Assembly (NCBI GenBank): GCA_944380635.1 | Contig: CALWID010000001.1 | Span: forward strand, 88,374-152,373 | DNA length: 64,000 nucleotides | DNA from: an uncultured Eubacterium sp. | GTDB lineage: Bacteria; Bacillota; Clostridia; Oscillospirales; Acutalibacteraceae | Reading direction: 5' to 3' | Part shown: piece by piece, positions 1 through 10,165 of the stretch | Numbering within the stretch: the stretch's first letter is position 1 | Layout: each line of letters starts with the position of its first letter | Position numbers and translations under genes: made by a program | Notes under the pieces: generated by a model | Seen by the model: the letters and a program-made list of their open reading frames with translations, nothing else | What the model was told of the DNA's origin: nothing | Databases searched by the model: none

Positions 1-538
1 TGCGCTGAGCGTCCGTTCTTTTATGGCGGAAACGGGAAATACCCGCCGCCTCTTCAAAAAGTTCACGCCTGTCCTCATTTTTGGCGGAAATAATTGAATC
101 TATTTTACCCTGGCCGACGATAGAATAGCCGTCCGCGCCGAGGCCGGTATCCATAAAGAGTTCGTGAACATCACGGCGCCTTACAACTTCGCCGTCAATC
201 TTATATTCACTTTCACCGCTTCTGTAATAGCAGCGGGAAACAGTAACCGTATCGCCTTTATCCTTAAGGGTTTTATCACTGTTATCAAGAGTAAGCCGCA
301 CCTGAGCAAAACCCACGGGCTTTCTTGCGGAAGTGCCGCCGAAAATGACATCTTCCATCTTGGAGCCTCTTAGATTTTTGGTGGAGGTTTCACCCAAAAC
401 CCAGCGCACAGCATCTGAAATATTACTTTTGCCGGAACCGTTAGGGCCTACGACGGCAGTTATTCCCCTGCCGAAAGCAAGCACTGTTTTATCCGGAAAG
501 GACTTAAAGCCCTGCATTTCAAGTGTTTTTAATATCAT
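1..538 (-). CDS. smc: Chromosome segregation protein SMC, N-terminal part (runs off the window start; absent from the ORF track)
   Basis: Manual translation from ATG at 538: MILKTLEMQGFKSFPDKTVL...GITAVVGPNGSGKSNISDAVRWVLGE (SMC Walker A region). The start overlaps the upstream stop (TAATG). Confidence 0.95.
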   Translation of the reverse strand, partial: MILKTLEMQGFKSFPDKTVLAFGRGITAVVGPNGSGKSNISDAVRWVLGETSTKNLRGSKMEDVIFGGTSARKPVGFAQVRLTLDNSDKTLKDKGDTVTVSRCYYRSGESEYKIDGEVVRRRDVHELFMDTGLGADGYSIVGQGKIDSIISAKNEDRRELFEEAAGISRFRHKRTDAQR

Positions 539-1518
539 TAAACTATCCTCAGTTCATTGGGCTTTAAAGCGTTGTTGTATTTAATATCTAACTTATAGCC
601 CGCTTCCTCCAGCGCGGCAAGATTTGATTTTTTATTGCCCAAAAGTTTTGAAATTGATTTTTCGTTTATAAATACCTGATGTTCGCCGGGCGGAGTTGCC
701 GTAATGCGGTTATACATCATTTTTGAAATTACCATTTCACCCAGACATTCGTGGTAGCCGCCGGCAAGCATATTATTCTTAATATCGCTGCTTGAATGAA
801 GCCCCACTCTGATAACCTCAATATCGTGGCTTTCAAAAAACTCAACAAGGTCAGCGCAAAGGGCAACGGTCTTTTTTAAAGAACTCGGCTTATATTTCCC
901 GCTTTCGTAAAGTTTTGCAAGATATGTATCTTTAAGCACAACGGTGGGATAAATTCTGACGGTTTTCGGTTTCATTTTTGCAAATTCCCTTGCCGTTGCA
1001 AAATCGAGCCCGCGGTTTGAGGTATAAAGGTCCGTCATCATCTGAAGTCCGAGATTAAAATCTCTTTTCTTTATAAGCGCCGCGGCAGTTCTTACATCTT
1101 CCGCAGTATGGCCGCGCATATTGGCGGCAAGCACTTTATCGCTCATATTCTGAGCGCCGAGTTCAATGGAAGTTACGCCGTATTTTTTCAGAAGCGAGAG
1201 AATTTCATCATCAATGAAATCAGGGCGGGTGGAAATCCTGATGCCGGACACTTTTCCGCTTTTAACATACGGGTAAGCCGCCTCAAGAAGAGACACCATA
1301 TAATCCCTGTCTATAGCGGTAAAAGAGCCGCCGAAAAACGCTATTTCGTATTCATATTTATTATCGCCGTTTGATTTAAGCGCCGTTTCAACCGTATCAA
1401 CAACATCCTGCGGGGTAGGCGCTTTCGTCTGCCCCGTTATTGTGTTTTGATTGCAAAAAGAGCATTTATGCGGGCAACCGATATGCGGTACGAAAATTGA
1501 TATATTGCTTTTTCTCAT
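538..1518 (-). CDS. Radical SAM protein, Elp3/YhcC-like, no GNAT domain
   Basis: CPHKCSFC (CxxxCxxC) motif; IAFFGGSFTA and IRISTRPD segments; located between rnc and smc. Confidence 0.85.
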   Translation of the reverse strand: MRKSNISIFVPHIGCPHKCSFCNQNTITGQTKAPTPQDVVDTVETALKSNGDNKYEYEIAFFGGSFTAIDRDYMVSLLEAAYPYVKSGKVSGIRISTRPDFIDDEILSLLKKYGVTSIELGAQNMSDKVLAANMRGHTAEDVRTAAALIKKRDFNLGLQMMTDLYTSNRGLDFATAREFAKMKPKTVRIYPTVVLKDTYLAKLYESGKYKPSSLKKTVALCADLVEFFESHDIEVIRVGLHSSSDIKNNMLAGGYHECLGEMVISKMMYNRITATPPGEHQVFINEKSISKLLGNKKSNLAALEEAGYKLDIKYNNALKPNELRIV

Positions 1519-2198
1519 AATCCCATTAATTGCAAAGCTTGCTTTGCAGCCTCCTGTTCTGCCTGTTTTTTACTTCTGCCCGTGCCTTTCCCGATGACAT
1601 TTGAATTGAGGTGCACTTCTATTTCGTAGCGCTTATCATGGTCCGGGCCGCTGACATTTGTTACAACATAATTCAGTGTTTCCTCGTGGCTTTCCTGAAC
1701 TATTTCCTGAAGTTTTGTTTTATAATCCTTAAAATTTATATGGTGTGTTTCAACCGAATTATCAAGAAAACGGAGAACGAATTTTCTTGCCTCTTCAAGA
1801 CCGCCGTCAAGATACACAGCGGCAATAACAGCCTCAAACGCATTTTCAAGGTTTGAATCCCTCTCGTTTCCGCCCGTTGCGAGTTCGCCCTTGCCGAGCA
1901 TTAGAAAATCGCCGAGCGACAACTGCCTTGCGTATTCGGAAAGCGAAGCCGTACAAACAAGGCTTGAGCGCAGTTTTGTAAGGTCCCCCTCAGCCATAGA
2001 GGGAAATTTATTATAAAGAAAATCCGCCGATATAAGCGACAAAACCGCGTCGCCGAGAAATTCAAGCCTTTCGTTAAAAGGGCCTGAATGCCTGTTTTCA
2101 TTGGCGTAACTCCTGTGAGTAACCGCCTGGCGCAAAAGCGATTTATTTTTAAATTTATGGCCTATTTTGTTTTCAAGCAAGGATAAATTTTTACTCAT
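1515..2198 (-). CDS. rnc: Ribonuclease III
   Basis: NERLEFLGDAVL signature and C-terminal dsRBD (DYKTKLQE...GTGRSKKQAEQEAA). Start moved to MSKNL at 2198; the ORF track starts at 2225. Confidence 0.97.
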   Translation of the reverse strand: MSKNLSLLENKIGHKFKNKSLLRQAVTHRSYANENRHSGPFNERLEFLGDAVLSLISADFLYNKFPSMAEGDLTKLRSSLVCTASLSEYARQLSLGDFLMLGKGELATGGNERDSNLENAFEAVIAAVYLDGGLEEARKFVLRFLDNSVETHHINFKDYKTKLQEIVQESHEETLNYVVTNVSGPDHDKRYEIEVHLNSNVIGKGTGRSKKQAEQEAAKQALQLMGL

Positions 2199-3186
2199 GT
2201 TCATCAAACGCCTTTTCAATTTCATTTATAAGATTATTTTCAAGGAACCACACCGCCTGCTTAATTGCATTTTTAAATGTTTTGGCATCCGAACTGCCGT
2301 GCGCCTTTATAACGGGCTTTTTAACACCGAGCATAACGGCGCCGCCGTATTCCTTATAATCAAACTGTTTTTTCATTTCGTTTATTCCGCCGAGCACGCC
2401 CACCGCCGAAAGCATTGTAAAAATGTTCCGCTTAAAAACGGATTTTATCCCGTTCATGAGCACCTTTGCAACACCTTCGTACATTTTTAAGATGAGATTG
2501 CCTGAAAAGCCGTCCGCAACAACAACATCAGCGTCCCCGTACGGAATCTGCCGCGCCTCAATATTGCCGATAAAATTATAATCGGCGTTTTTCATAAGCG
2601 CGTACGCCTCTTTAACGACGGGGGTGCCTTTTGTTTCCTCCGTGCCGTTATTTGCAAGGGCAACGCGCGGATTTTCATAGCCGAGTATATGTTTCATATA
2701 GAGGCTGCCGAGCATACCGAACTGGTACAGAAATTCGGCTCTGCACTCTGTATTGGCGCCGCAGTCCAGCATTAAAAACGGCTTTTTGGCGCTTGGCATA
2801 ACGGACGCGATACAAGGCCTTTTAACGCCTTTGATTCTCTTTGTAATAAGAGTTGCGCCGACTGTTATTGCGCCTGTATTTCCCGCTGAAACAAACGCGT
2901 CCCCTGCGCCGTCATTAAGAAGTTTAAATCCCGTGCCCATACTTGAATCGGCTTTTTGTTTAAGGACGCATTTAGCGTCATCCGTCATAAGTACATCATC
3001 GCCCGCACAATGCGCGATTTCCGTTTTTTTAAGGCGGATATTATTTTCTTTAACGCATTTTGCTATTCTGTTTTCATCGCCGACAAGAAGTATATCCGTG
3101 CCGAATTCCTCAACAGCCATCTGCGTACCTTTTATAATTTCAAGCGGCGCGTTATCTCCTCCGAACGCGTCAACAATAATCCTCAT
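2191..3186 (-). CDS. plsX: Phosphate acyltransferase PlsX
   Basis: MRIIVDAFGGDNAP, SAGNTGA, LDCGAN and KAHGSS motifs. Confidence 0.97.
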   Translation of the reverse strand: MRIIVDAFGGDNAPLEIIKGTQMAVEEFGTDILLVGDENRIAKCVKENNIRLKKTEIAHCAGDDVLMTDDAKCVLKQKADSSMGTGFKLLNDGAGDAFVSAGNTGAITVGATLITKRIKGVKRPCIASVMPSAKKPFLMLDCGANTECRAEFLYQFGMLGSLYMKHILGYENPRVALANNGTEETKGTPVVKEAYALMKNADYNFIGNIEARQIPYGDADVVVADGFSGNLILKMYEGVAKVLMNGIKSVFKRNIFTMLSAVGVLGGINEMKKQFDYKEYGGAVMLGVKKPVIKAHGSSDAKTFKNAIKQAVWFLENNLINEIEKAFDEHE

Positions 3187-4477
3187 CTTTTATTATCCTT
3201 TCCAGAGCGCTGAGCGCCCTTTCGGAAAAAGCGGCATATCGCTGCTTTTTATCCTTTATTTTCGGTTCTATGGGCGGCAGAATACCGAAATTTGCTCCCA
3301 TAGGCTGAAAATTCTTTACAGTTTCATCACTTATGTATGCTGAAAGCGCGCCGGTCATAGTAACAGCGGGAAGTGAAAGAAATTTTTTCCCGCGGGCAAG
3401 CCGCACGGCATTTTTGCCGGCTATTATTCCGGACGCCGCTGATTCCATATACCCTTCAACTCCGGTTATCTGCCCTGCGAAAAACACATTAGGCTGTTTT
3501 CTGAGTTGGAAAGCCGGACTGAGCAGGCGCGGCGAATCGAGAAAAGAATTTCTGTGCATAACTCCGTATCTTACAAATTCCGCGTTTTCAAGACCGGGTA
3601 TCATTGAAAATACTCTTTTTTGCTCGCCGAATTTCAGATTGGTTTGAAAGCCGACGAGATTAAACATTGTGCCCTGAGAATTTTCCCGCCTTAACTGCAC
3701 TGCCGCCCATGGGCGGCGGCCTGTTTTGGGGTCTGTAAGCCCAACGGGTTTCATAGGCCCGAACCGAGGAGCGTCCTTGCCGCGCTTTGCGAGTTTTTCA
3801 ATAGGCATACAGCCCTCGTACACATCAAAATCATGCAGCACTGCACCCTGAGCGTTCACAAGTTCGTGTATAAAATTCTCATACTGTTCTTTATTAAACG
3901 GGCAGTTTAAATAATCGCTCTCCCCGCCTCTGCCGTATCGGGACGCGCCGAAAACAATATTCATATCAATGCTGTCCGCCGTAACAATCGGGGCGGCGGC
4001 GTCATAAAACGAAAGATAATCACCGCAGAGATTTTTAATGCTGCCGCTCATTGCACCCTCTGTAAGCGGACCGGTAGCAACTATTGTTATTTCATCTTCG
4101 CTGAGCGGAATATCGGTAACTTCGGCGTTTTTCACCGTTATATTCGGGTGAGATTTGATTTTTTCGGTAACACGGGAAGAAAAGATATTTCTGTCCACCG
4201 CTAAAGCGCCGCCCGCCGCCACCGCACATTCCCTTGCCAAAGGAACGGTGAGCGAACCGAGGCGCGCCATTTCCTCTTTTAAAAGGCCGGCGGCTGAATC
4301 TATGCGCGCCGCTTTAAGGGAATTTGAGCACACAAGTTCCGCAAAATTATCAGATTTATGTGCGGGAGATTTTTTAAGCGGTTTTTGCTCATAAAGCGTT
4401 ACCTTTTCACCGGCAACGGCAATCTGCCACGCGGCTTCCGTGCCGGCAAGGCCTGCGCCTATAACATTAAACTTCAT
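3170..4477 (-). CDS. trmFO: Folate/FAD-dependent tRNA (uracil-54) methyltransferase TrmFO
   Basis: VIGAGLAGTEAA, ELVCSNS, YDAAAP and AGQITGVEGY motifs; downstream of topA. Confidence 0.97.
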   Translation of the reverse strand: MKFNVIGAGLAGTEAAWQIAVAGEKVTLYEQKPLKKSPAHKSDNFAELVCSNSLKAARIDSAAGLLKEEMARLGSLTVPLARECAVAAGGALAVDRNIFSSRVTEKIKSHPNITVKNAEVTDIPLSEDEITIVATGPLTEGAMSGSIKNLCGDYLSFYDAAAPIVTADSIDMNIVFGASRYGRGGESDYLNCPFNKEQYENFIHELVNAQGAVLHDFDVYEGCMPIEKLAKRGKDAPRFGPMKPVGLTDPKTGRRPWAAVQLRRENSQGTMFNLVGFQTNLKFGEQKRVFSMIPGLENAEFVRYGVMHRNSFLDSPRLLSPAFQLRKQPNVFFAGQITGVEGYMESAASGIIAGKNAVRLARGKKFLSLPAVTMTGALSAYISDETVKNFQPMGANFGILPPIEPKIKDKKQRYAAFSERALSALERIIKDEDYC

Positions 4478-4479
4478 AA

Positions 4480-6579
4480 TTATTCTTCGCTTTTCTTTTT
4501 CCTGGCGGCAGGTTTTGTAAATCCGCAGCCCTCAGTATCCGGGCAGTAGAGAACATTGCCCTTTCTTTTAAACAGCGATTTGCCGCAGCGGGGGCATACC
4601 TCATCACTCGGTACATCCCAGGTCATAAAATTACAATTCGGGTAATTTGAGCAGCCGTAAAACGACGCGCCCTTTCTTGTTTTCTTTTCAATAACATCGC
4701 CGCCGCAGCGAGGGCATTTTGCTTTTGTTTTTAAAACAAGCGGCTTTGTGTTTTTACATTCGGGATAGCCCGGGCAGGCGAGGAATTTGCCGAATCTGCC
4801 TACTTTAACAACCATATGCCTGCCGCATTTTTCGCAGATTTCGTCCGTTTCCTCTTCCTTTAATTTTATCTTTACGCCCTGCATTTCCTTTTTGGCTTTT
4901 TCAAGCGGCTTTTCAAAATCGTCATAATAATGGCGTATCATATCTTTATAATTTTTTTCACCGCTGTCTATCTTATCAAGATCCTCTTCCATTTTTGAGG
5001 TGTATTTAACATTTACGATATTTGGCATTTTATCCTTAAGCAGTTTTATTACAGCCTCGCCGAGTTCGGTGGGCACAAACTGCTTGCCCTCACGCTTAAC
5101 ATATTCACGGGCAACGATTGTTGATGTTATGGTAACATAGGTAGACGGTCTGCCGACGCCGTTTTCCTCAAGCGCTTTTGTTAAACTTGCCTCAGTGTAC
5201 CTTGCGGGCGGCTGAGTGAAATGCTGATTGCCGAGCAGGGATTTCAGGCGGAGTTTATCGCCTGTTTTTATCTCCGGAAGCGGGGCGGAAGTATCACCCG
5301 AGGACTCATCTTTTGATTCCTCGTAAAGAGCGGTAAAACCGTCAAACTTAACAGTATAGCCGGAAGCGTTAAAAGTATAATTGCCTGCGGTTATTTCCGC
5401 GCGTACCGTTTCCTGAAGGCAGTTTTCCATAAGGGAAGCGATAAATCTTTCCCACACAAGTTTGTAAATTTTATACTGGTCATTAGTGAGCGACGATTTT
5501 ACACGCGCCGGAGTTACGCCGGGCATTGACGGGCGGATTGCCTCATGGCCGTCCTGCACATTGCCCTTTGACTTAAAATATCTTGGCTTTTTAGGCAGAT
5601 ATTTTTCGCCGTAATTATCAAGAATAAACTGATTTCCGGCGGCGCGCGCCTCCTCTGAAATACGGAGCGAATCAGTACGCATATAGGTTATAAGACCTAC
5701 CGTGCCGAGCCCCTCTACATCAACGCCCTCATACAATTCCTGAGCGGCTTTCATTGTTCTTCTTGCCTGGAAAGAAAGCCTCCTTGACGCCTCCTGCTGT
5801 AATGTTGAAGTAATAAACGGAGGCGTAGGGCTCTTTTTACGGGTGCCCTTTTTGACGGAAGTTACGATATACTCTTCTCCGTCAAGGTCGCTCAAAATCT
5901 TATCGCTTTCTTCTTTGCAGGTAATTTTTATCTTTTTACCGTCTTTACTGTTTAAAGCGGCGGAGAAAGTCTTTTTTCCGGGAGGATTTGTGAATTTTGC
6001 GTCTATTGACCAGTATTCTTCCGGCTTAAAGGCTCTTATTTCCTCCTCCCTGTCCACAACAAGGCGAAGGGCAACTGACTGCACTCTGCCGGCGGATAGC
6101 CCGCGCCTTATCTTCTGGCTAATGAACGGGGAAAGTTTATAGCCTATAAGTCTGTCCAGAATACGGCGCGCCTGCTGAGCGTCAACCAAATCTATATCTA
6201 TGCATCTGGGGTGCTCCATGCCCTGCTCAACGCCGTGCTTTGTAATCTCATTAAAAGTAACTCTGTTTTTATCCTTAAGGTCAAGCCCAAGGATAGTTGC
6301 CAGGTGCCAACTGATTGCCTCCCCCTCTCTATCAGGGTCTGTGGCAAGATAAACATAATCGGATTTATCCGCTTTTTTCTGAAGTTCCTTAACAAAATTT
6401 TCCTTGCCTTTTATAATTGCATATTTAGGGGTGAAGTCATGCTCAATATCCACCGAGAGCCTTGCGGACGGAAGATCACGCACATGGCCCATTGAAGCCA
6501 CAACATCATAACCCTTTCCGAGATAACCTTTTATATTTTTTGCCTTTGCAGGGGACTCAACTATTACAAGTTTTGACAT
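4480..6579 (-). CDS. topA: DNA topoisomerase I
   Basis: LVIVESPAK, ATDPDREGE, SAGRVQS and LITYMRTD motifs; C-terminal zinc ribbons. Confidence 0.98.
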   Translation of the reverse strand: MSKLVIVESPAKAKNIKGYLGKGYDVVASMGHVRDLPSARLSVDIEHDFTPKYAIIKGKENFVKELQKKADKSDYVYLATDPDREGEAISWHLATILGLDLKDKNRVTFNEITKHGVEQGMEHPRCIDIDLVDAQQARRILDRLIGYKLSPFISQKIRRGLSAGRVQSVALRLVVDREEEIRAFKPEEYWSIDAKFTNPPGKKTFSAALNSKDGKKIKITCKEESDKILSDLDGEEYIVTSVKKGTRKKSPTPPFITSTLQQEASRRLSFQARRTMKAAQELYEGVDVEGLGTVGLITYMRTDSLRISEEARAAGNQFILDNYGEKYLPKKPRYFKSKGNVQDGHEAIRPSMPGVTPARVKSSLTNDQYKIYKLVWERFIASLMENCLQETVRAEITAGNYTFNASGYTVKFDGFTALYEESKDESSGDTSAPLPEIKTGDKLRLKSLLGNQHFTQPPARYTEASLTKALEENGVGRPSTYVTITSTIVAREYVKREGKQFVPTELGEAVIKLLKDKMPNIVNVKYTSKMEEDLDKIDSGEKNYKDMIRHYYDDFEKPLEKAKKEMQGVKIKLKEEETDEICEKCGRHMVVKVGRFGKFLACPGYPECKNTKPLVLKTKAKCPRCGGDVIEKKTRKGASFYGCSNYPNCNFMTWDVPSDEVCPRCGKSLFKRKGNVLYCPDTEGCGFTKPAARKKKSEE

Positions 6580-6595
6580 ATATGATTAATTCCTT

Positions 6596-7813
6596 TCAGG
6601 ATAATTTGTATCTTTTTCCGCCGGCGCTCTGAACAAGGTCTGAAATCTCAAGCGCGGTAAGGGCGGTAAGCACTGCCGCCGAATCAAGGGAAGTTGCGGC
6701 GGCAATCTCGTCAACATGCATATATTCCTCGCCGAGAGCACGGTAAACTGCAAGCGCGGTTCCGCTGAGCGCGGCAGCGGCGCTTTGCCTTGCCTCGCGC
6801 TTTTTTCTGCTTTCGCTCAGATTTTCAAATGAAATACTGCCGGAAGTATCCTTTGCGTTCACTGCCCTGTGTGCAGTTTCTTTCATTATGGCGCCTACGC
6901 CCTTAGCGCCGCTTAAATCAATTCCGAAACGCTCCGCATACGGAAAGATAAGGTCAAGCGGTTTGGTGGCAACGACTGCGCCCTCGTCAATAAGTTTGTT
7001 TGTGCCGGCGTATTCCGGCTCAAGTATAGAGCAGGGAACAGCATAAACATCCCTGCCCTGCTCCGCCGCGTAATGGGCGGTAATAAGGCTGCCGCTTTTT
7101 ATGCCCGCCTCAACAACAAGCACGCCGAGCGAAAGCCCGCTTATAATTCTGTTTCTTATGGGGAAAGTGTATCTTGACGCTTTTGTAAACGGCTGGAACT
7201 CAGTTACAAGCGCCCCGTTTGCGGCAACGGCGTCCCTAAGCGGTTTATTTTCCATAAGATATTTTGTGCCGAGCCCGCAGCCGAGCACCGCAACAGTTTT
7301 GCCGCCGCTTAAAACAGCCGCGTTATGGGCTGCGGTATCAACTCCGAGCGCGCCGCCGGAAACAACAACCGCGCCTAACTGAGCAATCCCGCGGCTCATA
7401 ACATCCGCCGCTTTAACAGCGTAATCGCTTGCTTTTCTTGTGCCGACTATGCCGATAACTACGCTTGAATCAATATCCGGCAGAGTGCCTGAAACATAAA
7501 GCGCCGCGGGCGGATTATCCGTTTCATAAAGGCGCAGAGGATAATTTTCATCATCCGGTGTTATAACCTGCCAACTGTTAAGGCGGCATGTGGTAAGAAT
7601 ATCTCTTGCCTCATCAAGCGAAGTGCATTTAAGGTGTTCTACCTGGCGGGGAACAAGCACGGGGCTCATTTTCCATTCTGTTTCGCCCGCGTTATAAACC
7701 TCTTTAACGCCGCCGAAATATTCAATTATTTCTTTTATTCTTGCTCCCGCGCCGAGCGCGCTTTGGAGCCATACCCAATATGGCGTATTACTGTTCAACC
7801 AAGCATCTCCCAC
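6596..7813 (-). CDS. dprA: DNA-processing protein DprA
   Basis: IGIVGTRKAS, VSGGALGVD, FPIRNRIISGLS and SGSLITA motifs; C-terminal winged helix; upstream of topA. Confidence 0.95.
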   Translation of the reverse strand: MGDAWLNSNTPYWVWLQSALGAGARIKEIIEYFGGVKEVYNAGETEWKMSPVLVPRQVEHLKCTSLDEARDILTTCRLNSWQVITPDDENYPLRLYETDNPPAALYVSGTLPDIDSSVVIGIVGTRKASDYAVKAADVMSRGIAQLGAVVVSGGALGVDTAAHNAAVLSGGKTVAVLGCGLGTKYLMENKPLRDAVAANGALVTEFQPFTKASRYTFPIRNRIISGLSLGVLVVEAGIKSGSLITAHYAAEQGRDVYAVPCSILEPEYAGTNKLIDEGAVVATKPLDLIFPYAERFGIDLSGAKGVGAIMKETAHRAVNAKDTSGSISFENLSESRKKREARQSAAAALSGTALAVYRALGEEYMHVDEIAAATSLDSAAVLTALTALEISDLVQSAGGKRYKLS

Positions 7814-8586
7814 ATTACAATAGCGGCGGCGACGGAGGCGTTTAGGCTTTCCGCCCTGCCAAGCATATTTATGGTTAAAAACCCCGAGCAGGCTTTTTTT
7901 ACTTCATCTGAAACGCCGTTTCCCTCATTGCCTATTACGCATATATCAGAGCCGTTAAACTCTATGGTTTTTATATCCGCGGCTGAAGAATCGGGAACGG
8001 CGGCATACACGCTGAAACCGCGCGTTTTTAATTTATTTATTTCCGCCGCCAAATCATCAACAATCAGCACCGGCAGGCGAAGCGCGCCGCCCATTGAAGC
8101 GCGCAGGACTTTTGGATTATAAAGGTCGCAGCAGCCGCTGAAAACAGCGCCGTCAATCCCCAAAGCCTCCGCCGTTCTGATAACGGCGCCGAGATTGGCA
8201 GGGTCCTGAATTTTATCAAGCGCAATATATTTTTTGCCGTTTTCGGGATAAAAATCTATCTTTCTTTGAGAGCAAACTGCAAAAACGCCCTGCGGATTTT
8301 TTGTTTCGCTTAAATATGAGGCAAGTTCACTGCTTATAAAATAAGCCTTTTTAAAACCGTTTATAAGCCGCCGGCATTTTTCGGGATATTTTTGAGCCGC
8401 GTCTTCCGTTAGCAGCAGAATATCCGCGCCGCAATCGGAATTCAAGGCATCAAAACAAAGCCTTGCACCCTCCAGCGCCAACTGAGAAAAACGGGCGCGG
8501 TCTTTATGAGAAGTGAAAAGCTTTTTGGTATGCTTTATTAAATTATTTGATTTGCTTGTGATTTTCTCCATACCGAATGACTCCAC
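7795..8586 (-). CDS. TrmH/SpoU-family RNA methyltransferase
   Basis: IQDPANLGAVIRTA, IGNEGNGVS and ESLNASVAA SPOUT motifs. Confidence 0.92.
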   Translation of the reverse strand: MESFGMEKITSKSNNLIKHTKKLFTSHKDRARFSQLALEGARLCFDALNSDCGADILLLTEDAAQKYPEKCRRLINGFKKAYFISSELASYLSETKNPQGVFAVCSQRKIDFYPENGKKYIALDKIQDPANLGAVIRTAEALGIDGAVFSGCCDLYNPKVLRASMGGALRLPVLIVDDLAAEINKLKTRGFSVYAAVPDSSAADIKTIEFNGSDICVIGNEGNGVSDEVKKACSGFLTINMLGRAESLNASVAAAIVMWEMLG

Positions 8587-8778
8587 GGCTCATAAAAAAT
8601 TTAAGTTTAAACAAAACCACTTCAAACTAAAACTATAATATAAATTATATATTTTAATATCTAACTTTAAGTTATAAATTATAATACATTATTATGCAAA
8701 AAAGTGCAACACAAAAATTAAAAATACAATGATTTTTTATAATTTTGTTATATTGCACAAAATTGCGCCAAATAAACG

Positions 8779-8805
8779 ACCCCGCCGTATGATTTACGGC
8801 GGGGT
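8779..8805 (-). terminator. Intrinsic terminator after rplT
   Basis: Perfect 11-bp stem ACCCCGCCGTA/TACGGCGGGGT just downstream of the rplT stop. Confidence 0.75.
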
Positions 8806-8825
8806 ATAAACGCAAATATAAAATA

Positions 8826-9179
8826 TTAAAGGGCAGCCTTTGCGGATTCAACAAGAGATGTGAATGCAGCCGCGTCTGAAACAGCGATTTCAGCAAGCAT
8901 TTTTCTGTTAAGGTCAATGCCGGCTTTTTTAAGGCCGTTCATAAATGTTGAATAATTTGTGCCGTTTGCTTTGCAGGCGGCGGAAATTCTTGCAATCCAC
9001 ATTCTGCGGAATTCTCTCTTCTTCTGCTTTCTTCCGATATAAGCATACTGACCGCTCTTCATTACAGCCTGTTTTGCTGTTTTGAAAAGACGATGTTTGC
9101 TGCCGTAATAGCCCTTAGCGGCTTTTAATACTTTCTTTCTTCTTTTACGAGTGGCCATAGCGCCTTTAATTCTTGCCAT
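8826..9179 (-). CDS. rplT: 50S ribosomal protein L20
   Basis: MARIKGA...[20 protein letters not shown]...[11 protein letters not shown]. Confidence 0.99.
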   Translation of the reverse strand: MARIKGAMATRKRRKKVLKAAKGYYGSKHRLFKTAKQAVMKSGQYAYIGRKQKKREFRRMWIARISAACKANGTNYSTFMNGLKKAGIDLNRKMLAEIAVSDAAAFTSLVESAKAAL

Positions 9180-9253
9180 AACTTATTACCTCCGATATAA
9201 TTAACGAATTATCAATTATTTTTTATGCCCTGCGCAAAGCGCGCGGCGGAATT

Positions 9254-9451
9254 TTATTTATAAGGAACGAGCCTCTTCATCTGCTTTTGGTTCGTTACAT
9301 CGCCGACTGTTGTTTTGCGAAGATTTCTTTTACGCTTGGTTGTTTTCTTTGTAAGAATATGAGAGGTATAAGCATGAGCGCGCTTTACCTTGCCGCTTTT
9401 AGTTGTTTTGAAACGCTTTTTAGCGCCGCTGTGTGTTTTAATCTTTGGCAT
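9254..9451 (-). CDS. rpmI: 50S ribosomal protein L35
   Basis: [15 protein letters not shown]. Confidence 0.99.
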   Translation of the reverse strand: MPKIKTHSGAKKRFKTTKSGKVKRAHAYTSHILTKKTTKRKRNLRKTTVGDVTNQKQMKRLVPYK

Positions 9452-9480
9452 AATTTATTCCTCCAGAAATTTATTTTTAA

Positions 9481-9999
9481 TTATTTTGCCGGCTTTTTAG
9501 ACAGAAACATAAGAATCTGCCTGCCCTCAAGTTTGGGAGCCTTATCAACATTTATTTCCTCGCCGAGAGCCTGAGCAAATCTTTCCATATTTGCAACGCC
9601 GAGATCTGAATGAGCCATTTCCCTGCCGCGAAGGCGCAGTGAAACCTTAAGTTTATCCCCTTTTTCAAGGAACTTTTTAGCCTGATTTACCTTTGTGTTG
9701 AAATCGCCGATGTCAATATTAAGGGAAAGGCGAATCTCTTTGGTATCAATTGTTTTCTGCTTTTTACGATTTTCCTTTTCGCGTTTAGCCTGCTCATAGC
9801 GGAATTTGCTGTAATCCATTATCTTAACAACGGGCGGCTTTGCCTGAGGGGCAATTTTAACAAGATCCTGCCCTCTTAACTCTGCCTCATGAAGAGCGTC
9901 TTTTGCGCTCATAATGCCGAGCTGCTGACCGTCTGAAGTAATAACACGCAATTCCTTATCTCTTATTTCTCCGTTGAGCTGCGGAATTTCTCTGCTGAT
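9481..9999 (-). CDS. infC: Translation initiation factor IF-3 (probable non-canonical ATC start at 9999)
   Basis: IF-3 motifs (DLVKIAPQAKPPVVKIMDYSKF, KEIRLS). AAAGGAG ends at 10008, 8 nt before ATC; the ORF-track GTG overlaps the SD sequence. Confidence 0.95.
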   Translation of the reverse strand: MSREIPQLNGEIRDKELRVITSDGQQLGIMSAKDALHEAELRGQDLVKIAPQAKPPVVKIMDYSKFRYEQAKREKENRKKQKTIDTKEIRLSLNIDIGDFNTKVNQAKKFLEKGDKLKVSLRLRGREMAHSDLGVANMERFAQALGEEINVDKAPKLEGRQILMFLSKKPAK

Positions 10000-10039
10000 A
10001 AATAACACTCCTTTAAATTTAGGTATTTAACCTGCACAA

Positions 10040-10160
10040 ATAATTAAAAGCGCGAACATAATATGCCCGCGCTTCAACAAACCCAAATAAAAATTAAAGG
10101 ATATTGCCCTTTTCGCCTGCGCTTAAGGGGAGAACGGGATAAATGTTCTTCTTTGTTGTG
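10040..10160 (-). promoter_or_regulatory. Probable ribosomal protein L20 leader with terminator hairpin
   Basis: 5' UTR of about 150 nt ahead of infC-rpmI-rplT. Hairpin AAGCGCGGGCATA/TATGTTCGCGCTT (10048-10074) is followed by T's on the minus strand. The position is typical of the Firmicute L20 leader. Confidence 0.65.
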
Positions 10161-10165
10161 GAAAT

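Noticed and set aside
1515-2198. Functional linkage of rnc to the Cas9 locus
   Set aside because: rnc lies about 56 kb away in its usual plsX-rnc-smc housekeeping context; co-occurrence in the window is coincidental.
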